The notes beneath the pieces were generated by a model. It was not told where the DNA came from and did not search any database. It worked only from the letters and a program-made list of their open reading frames with translations. DNA of 63,927 nt, the filler included, from Collodictyon triciliatum (taxonomy: Eukaryota), in assembly GCA_043381765.1 (NCBI GenBank). It is 5 parts of 5 records of this genome, joined end to end, with 100 filler letters (N's around TTAATTAATTAA, not from the genome) between each part and the next. Parts side by side here need not be neighbours in the genome. Positions count along the whole stretch, not along the records: positions 52,400 to 59,501 come from JBHJMP010001543.1; positions 59,602 to 63,927 come from JBHJMP010001598.1; 3 more parts are not named here. One strand, written 5' to 3'. A program made the translations under genes and the position numbers. Shown here piece by piece: positions 59,177 through 63,927 of this stretch (within the stretch, counting starts at the first letter, position 1; every line of letters starts with the position of its first letter).

Positions 59177-59308
59177 GTGAGAAAACTCAAAACACAAAAA
59201 CAGGGGGAAAAATACAGAATTTTTCCCATTAAAATCAAGGAAAGAGTCCGGTCCGTCTTTGGCACTCATATCTTTCATAGATGTGAGCATCTGGGGAAGA
59301 TATGGTGG
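52522..59308 (-). CDS. Neurobeachin/LRBA/NBEAL-like BEACH-family protein, internal fragment (ConA-like and armadillo-like regions; PH-BEACH-WD40 not in the contig)
   Basis: GPDSFLDFNG...GYTFATWVRLE...PRLFSF; RWHCIHLVH...SEVRLYIDG; SLKDVIYCIGGIQIVLPL; QQQGFSLIAYLL; LLDFDLWIY...VQ; LRTYYW; LTSERGPWG; YWKLDKVEDSYRCRRKMKRNYNF. Confidence 0.88.
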
Positions 59309-59501
59309 CTACAAGGAGTTCAATCCAATTTAAATGTGTGTTTGATAGTGATTTCATTCTTGATATGTTGCTTTGGTATACTAATCCATGTAATATAATG
59401 AGGGGGGGGGGGGGGGGAATATTTTGAAAAATTAAAAAAAAAAAAAAAAAAAAAATATTTAAAGTTTTCCGGGGGGTTTTTTAAGTAAACAAAAAAAAAT
59501 T

Positions 59502-59601
59502 NNNNNNNNNNNNNNNNNNNNNNNNNNNNNNNNNNNNNNNNNNNNTTAATTAATTAANNNNNNNNNNNNNNNNNNNNNNNNNNNNNNNNNNNNNNNNNNN
59601 N
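59502..59601. other. Artificial contig linker
   Basis: 44N-TTAATTAATTAA-44N. Confidence 0.97.
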
Positions 59602-59781
59602 AGAAAAAAAAGAAAAAAAAGAAAAAAAAAGAAAAAAAAGAAAAAAAAGAAAAAAAAGAAAAAAAAAGAAAAAAAAGAAAAAAAGAAAAAAAGAAAAAAA
59701 AGTGAAGGATTCTGTCTATCCTCGCCAACACTCTCATCACACAGAAAGCCCAGCCCGAAAACAAGCAACCAAACTCAGAAG

Positions 59782-60834
59782 ATGACAACACAGATGATCG
59801 GAACACACAAACTAGATACAAAGCCAACCAACGCAGCGGCAGCAGCAGACGCTGCGCAACCGAGCAAAGTTCGATCTAATGTCCCATTCTCACTTTTCGG
59901 AAGCACACCGCGAGAATCTTTCCGCATCATCCTTCATACGATCGGTGTCTCTCTGCGCCGGATTCCCAAGTTGCTGCGCGAGATAGAGTACGTTACCAAA
60001 GCAGACCTCCATAAAACCCCACAGATACATGTATTCCCTTTTTTTTTCTTCTTTTTCTTTCTTTATATATTTCTTTTTTTTTTTTTTTTATTCTTGTAAC
60101 AAACACACACGGCGCATGCTCTCTTTGAATGAAAAGCAAAACAACCGCACAATACTCTGGAGCGATGCAAAGTCCCAACCAACGGACTCCTTCTAACGGC
60201 TGTTTCACCCAGGCGCAAGGTATTCCACAACTACGGGCTGCTGATCCCTGCAATCTACTACGCAGGAGTTCGTTATGGCCACCTCGACCAGCACAAAGCA
60301 TCGGTCATTCTGGGCACACTCTCAACCCTCCTCTTCACCTTTGAGTTTGCCCGCCTCTACTTTTTGCCGTCCCTCAACCAGCTGTTTTCAAAGCACTTTT
60401 CATTCCTCATGCGCAAAGGCGAAAACAACCGCTTCACCGGGATGCCGTTCTACATGACAGGCGCATTCCTCACAACGTATTTCTTCCCTCCCATCATCAG
60501 CGTCCTCTCCATCCTGTATCTGATCTACGGCGATGCAGCCGCCGCGTTTGTTGGCATCAGCTTCGGGCGCACAAAGATTGGCAAAAAATCGCTGGAAGGC
60601 ACGCTCGCCATGTTCTCGACATGCTTTGGGTTGGGCCTTGTAATCCTGCGCAATGTCCCGTTCTTTGACCAGCTTGCATTCTATGGCGCTTTGGCTGCCG
60701 CTGTCTTTGAGCTGCTTGTCGATCACTTCCCGGTTCACATCGATGACAACCTGACCATCCCGCTTGTCTCCGGCCTTGCGCTGCGTTTGGCGGCCTATCG
60801 TTTCGGTGTGGAGCCGCAGCACTTTCAGTTCTAG
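59782..60834 (+). CDS. CTP-dependent lipid kinase (DGK1/phytol/dolichol kinase family), two exons
   Basis: RKVFH; FEFARL...LMRKGENNRFTGMPFY; GDAAAAFVGISFGRTKIGKKSLEGTLA; DDNLTIP. Closest by motif to Dgk1-type enzymes. Confidence 0.88.
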
Positions 60835-61115
60835 ATGCCATTAGTGGATTAAAAAAAGAAAAGAAAATAACCGAAAGGGCAATTTGCAAAAATACGAAAA
60901 TTCGAATATTCAAAAATAAAATGAAATAAACTTCAATAATTTTTCCTCAGGGGAGATCGATAGGGCTTCCTGATTCTTTCGGGCAGATTCTTTTTCCTTT
61001 TCCTTTTCCTTCTTTTCCCCCTTTACTTTATCTATTATTATCATCGTTTAGCTCCCCTTTTTTTTCTTTTTTTTTTATCCCCCTTGATGGCGCAGCAGCT
61101 GTGATAGTTTTTTTT

Positions 61116-63800
61116 ATGCACACAGGAGGTATTTTTTTATAATGGCACTTTCATACGATAGCTATGGAGAGAATGCCAATAACGTAGCCTCAGTCTTTTG
61201 TGTTTCTGTGTTATGGCAGAGTTGTGTTTAACTTGAGAGCGTTCTTCTTCATTTTCTGCCTCTATCCCATGTTTTTTTTTTTATCATTCTTAGAACAAAC
61301 GAGAGAGACACACCCTAATGGCACTCAAGGTAGGTCACGAGATCATTATCTAACTCTCATCATGATCGGACGAAAGCTTATTCTTTTCCTAGCCTTTCCT
61401 TTATTTTTATCCGCCTATTTATCGAATGACTTATTTAGTCACATGGAACCATTCGTCTATCGCAAAATGAGATAGACAGAAGAAAGACTGAGGCAGAAAA
61501 ACAGCAGAGAATTGCGAGGTTGATTGAGGTACATACAAGGGCATGCGTATAATTGCCGCATCTTACTAAATGTTCTTTTCGAATTCATTCTGCTTATACT
61601 TATCAGATTACCCCACTTGTAAATATATTTTTTATGTTCATGACTTATTTGTTGCTCTAAATATCTTGTATTTCTTAGGCCATCAACCTAAATAACATCA
61701 GCTGTTTTCTCACTTGTCCTATCTCTATCCTCTTTGGCACGTATAAAAGGTCAGAAACCAGGGCCGAAATTACGCTGATGTAACAAGGAATGATTTTCGT
61801 GTAAGGGTCCATCAACTAAAGTCAGAAATGGTGGAGACTGCAAAGGTTTTTTTTCTTGATTTCTCTCGAAATAATCAAGTTAAACAATTGAAGCTGATCA
61901 TATTGAGTATATGAACCAAAACAATCCTTTTTGTCATCATTATCAAATACTGATGGTTTTGTTAGATATCTACATTCGGTCTTCAAATCATAACGAAAGA
62001 CTTTTTATTTTCTGTGAATGCCAGACATCTTGAAAAATATTGCTGACGATTTGTTTGGCTACGAACAGAAAAGATGGGAGGTGAACAAGCAGGAGCAGAT
62101 ACGTGTGATGGAGGAGGAAATACATCAAATGAGTTTGAACATTGGAAACGCACATGCAGCAGCATCTACAGAGTCGAGTAATCAAGTATGACAAATTTTC
62201 CATATATCAGGACGAATCTCTTTCTACAATCTGGTAAACATATGAGAGTATATAATTTAATATTTTTTTCTAACAGAGGCTACTGATTTTGTAATGTTCT
62301 TTATATTTGGAAGGCAATCAAGGATACTCAGAACATGATAAGGGCGGTCAGAAATCGAGAAATTGAATCCAATCGATTCGATGCTGCCATGTCAGAGGTA
62401 CAGAGGACCTTCTCTGTCAATTTATTTTCTTATCAAGATGTAATTTACCCTTGGTTATCTTAATTAGCATTCATTCTTCGCTTTGACCTTTCTATTTGGT
62501 TTTTATATTATTCCACTGCAGAGAAAAAAAGAAATCCAATCTTTCAACCAAGAAATCGAGTCATTTATAGACCGGAAGAGTAAGGTCAATGAGAAGGAAA
62601 GGGAACGGTAACTAATAATAAGAATACAAAAGTTGTTTGGGTAAATTATGTGGCACGGAAATTTCTTTTCTCTGTTGGACAATAATTCTGATCAACTTGC
62701 AAATGTGAAAAGCTCTGCCATCGCAGCACAACTAGGGAGAGAAAAGAAGTTGTCTCAACAAGATGAGGAACTCCTGCACATAAATGAAACGTAGAGATTT
62801 CGACTTTTTTTCTTCAGCTATTGAACAAATACATCAATTCATTTCTAAATGCGATGAGATGCGCGTATATATTATACATACCCGTTTGATAATCAATTAA
62901 TATGATTCGATTACGAATATAACACTTTTATCACCTATGAACCAAAAACTAGGTCAAATAAGCCTCGACGCGCCAGGTCTGTGCAGTGGATTGGGGTTGG
63001 AGGGGGTGTTGATGGATATACGCATACATTTCACCATCTAGGAGCTTCACAGAAAGGGCACGATAAAGCACAAAATCTGCAACGTCCTCGAGTTCTATCA
63101 GAGAAAAGTTACAGCGATGATTTGATACAGGCCAATGCGTACGACGCTGCTCAAAAACAAGAATTAATCCAAGCAGAAGTTGGCAAGTCATGCATTCATT
63201 TTTGCACATTATTTCACATTTCTTCCCTTGGTATTCATAACAGCTGACGACAGCGTATAAAATCAAAGTGTCAAAAAATTTTATTATTGAAATCAATTTC
63301 AATAGAAACACACAAAGATATGGTAAACCAAAAAATAAAGAAGCGCTCCAACGAAAGATACAACCAAGCCTTGTCGTCTGTTAAGCTCAAGAAGGTTAGG
63401 AGTCTGTTAACAGAAAAAAAATCTGATTAAATTAGTTTACTCCTTTTTATTCAATATCAATGTTTACGCATCGTGCAGGATGTCGATCGACTTAAAGAAG
63501 AAATGGAAAGAATAGAAAAAAGCAATGTACAAGAGAAGTTGTATCAAATTGACTTAGAGAGACGCCGAGCAATACAATCGTGAGGATTTCAGTCTCATCT
63601 AAATTTCGTTTGATTTTCTCATCGCTAGTTTACAAAAAGGCCCTTGATTCTTCCTTTGACACCGTCCGTGTTATTAAATATGGCATCGATGTAAATAATT
63701 TGATATTTTCATATTCTTACTAGTGAATCGGTGCACAAAATGCCAAACCAGAAGACAGGGCATTACATAGAAAAGAACTTTGAGGACATTTTCCAAGGCA
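61116..63800 (+). CDS. Coiled-coil protein resembling the N-terminal conserved region of centriolar CEP295/Ana1; 3' end uncertain or beyond the window
   Basis: Spliced QQRIARLIE|VRNQGR...K|KRWEVNKQEQIRVMEEEIHQMSLNIGNAHAAA...NRFDAAM...EKERER...THTFHHL...ANAYDAAQKQE...RSNERYNQALSSVKLKK|DVDRLKEEMERI...DLERRR; colinear with recalled CEP295 motifs. Confidence 0.65.
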
Positions 63801-63829
63801 TTCTGTAATATTTTCGATTGCTTTTAATG

Positions 63830-63911
<82 letters not shown>

Positions 63912-63927
63912 CTTTTCTTATTTCTCT

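Overview
Intron-rich, mostly AT-rich eukaryotic nuclear DNA, most likely from an aerobic, flagellated, heterotrophic protist. This is inferred from COX10, a calcyphosin-like protein, a CEP295-like centriolar protein, Rab14 and riboflavin synthase; the species cannot be named from the sequence. The window is five contigs joined by identical artificial 100-bp spacers (44N-TTAATTAATTAA-44N), plus two N gaps, so synteny across the spacers is meaningless. Manual splicing gives about 20 protein genes: Rab14, an ADAM-type metalloprotease, CWC24/RNF113, a TmcB-like polytopic protein, a RING E3, a QNG1/DUF2419 member, COX10, OCA6, calcyphosin-like, riboflavin synthase, RPL24, ADA3-like, URC4, a neurobeachin-like fragment, DGK1-like, CEP295-like and several unknowns. 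There is also one tRNA-Gln(CUG) and many microsatellites. The best candidate for a new system is the TmcB-like membrane receptor: it shows no PAS domain and ends in an intact bacterial-type hemerythrin di-iron domain, suggesting an O2/NO-sensing receptor. All family calls rest on remembered motifs, not database searches, and exon boundaries are manual predictions.
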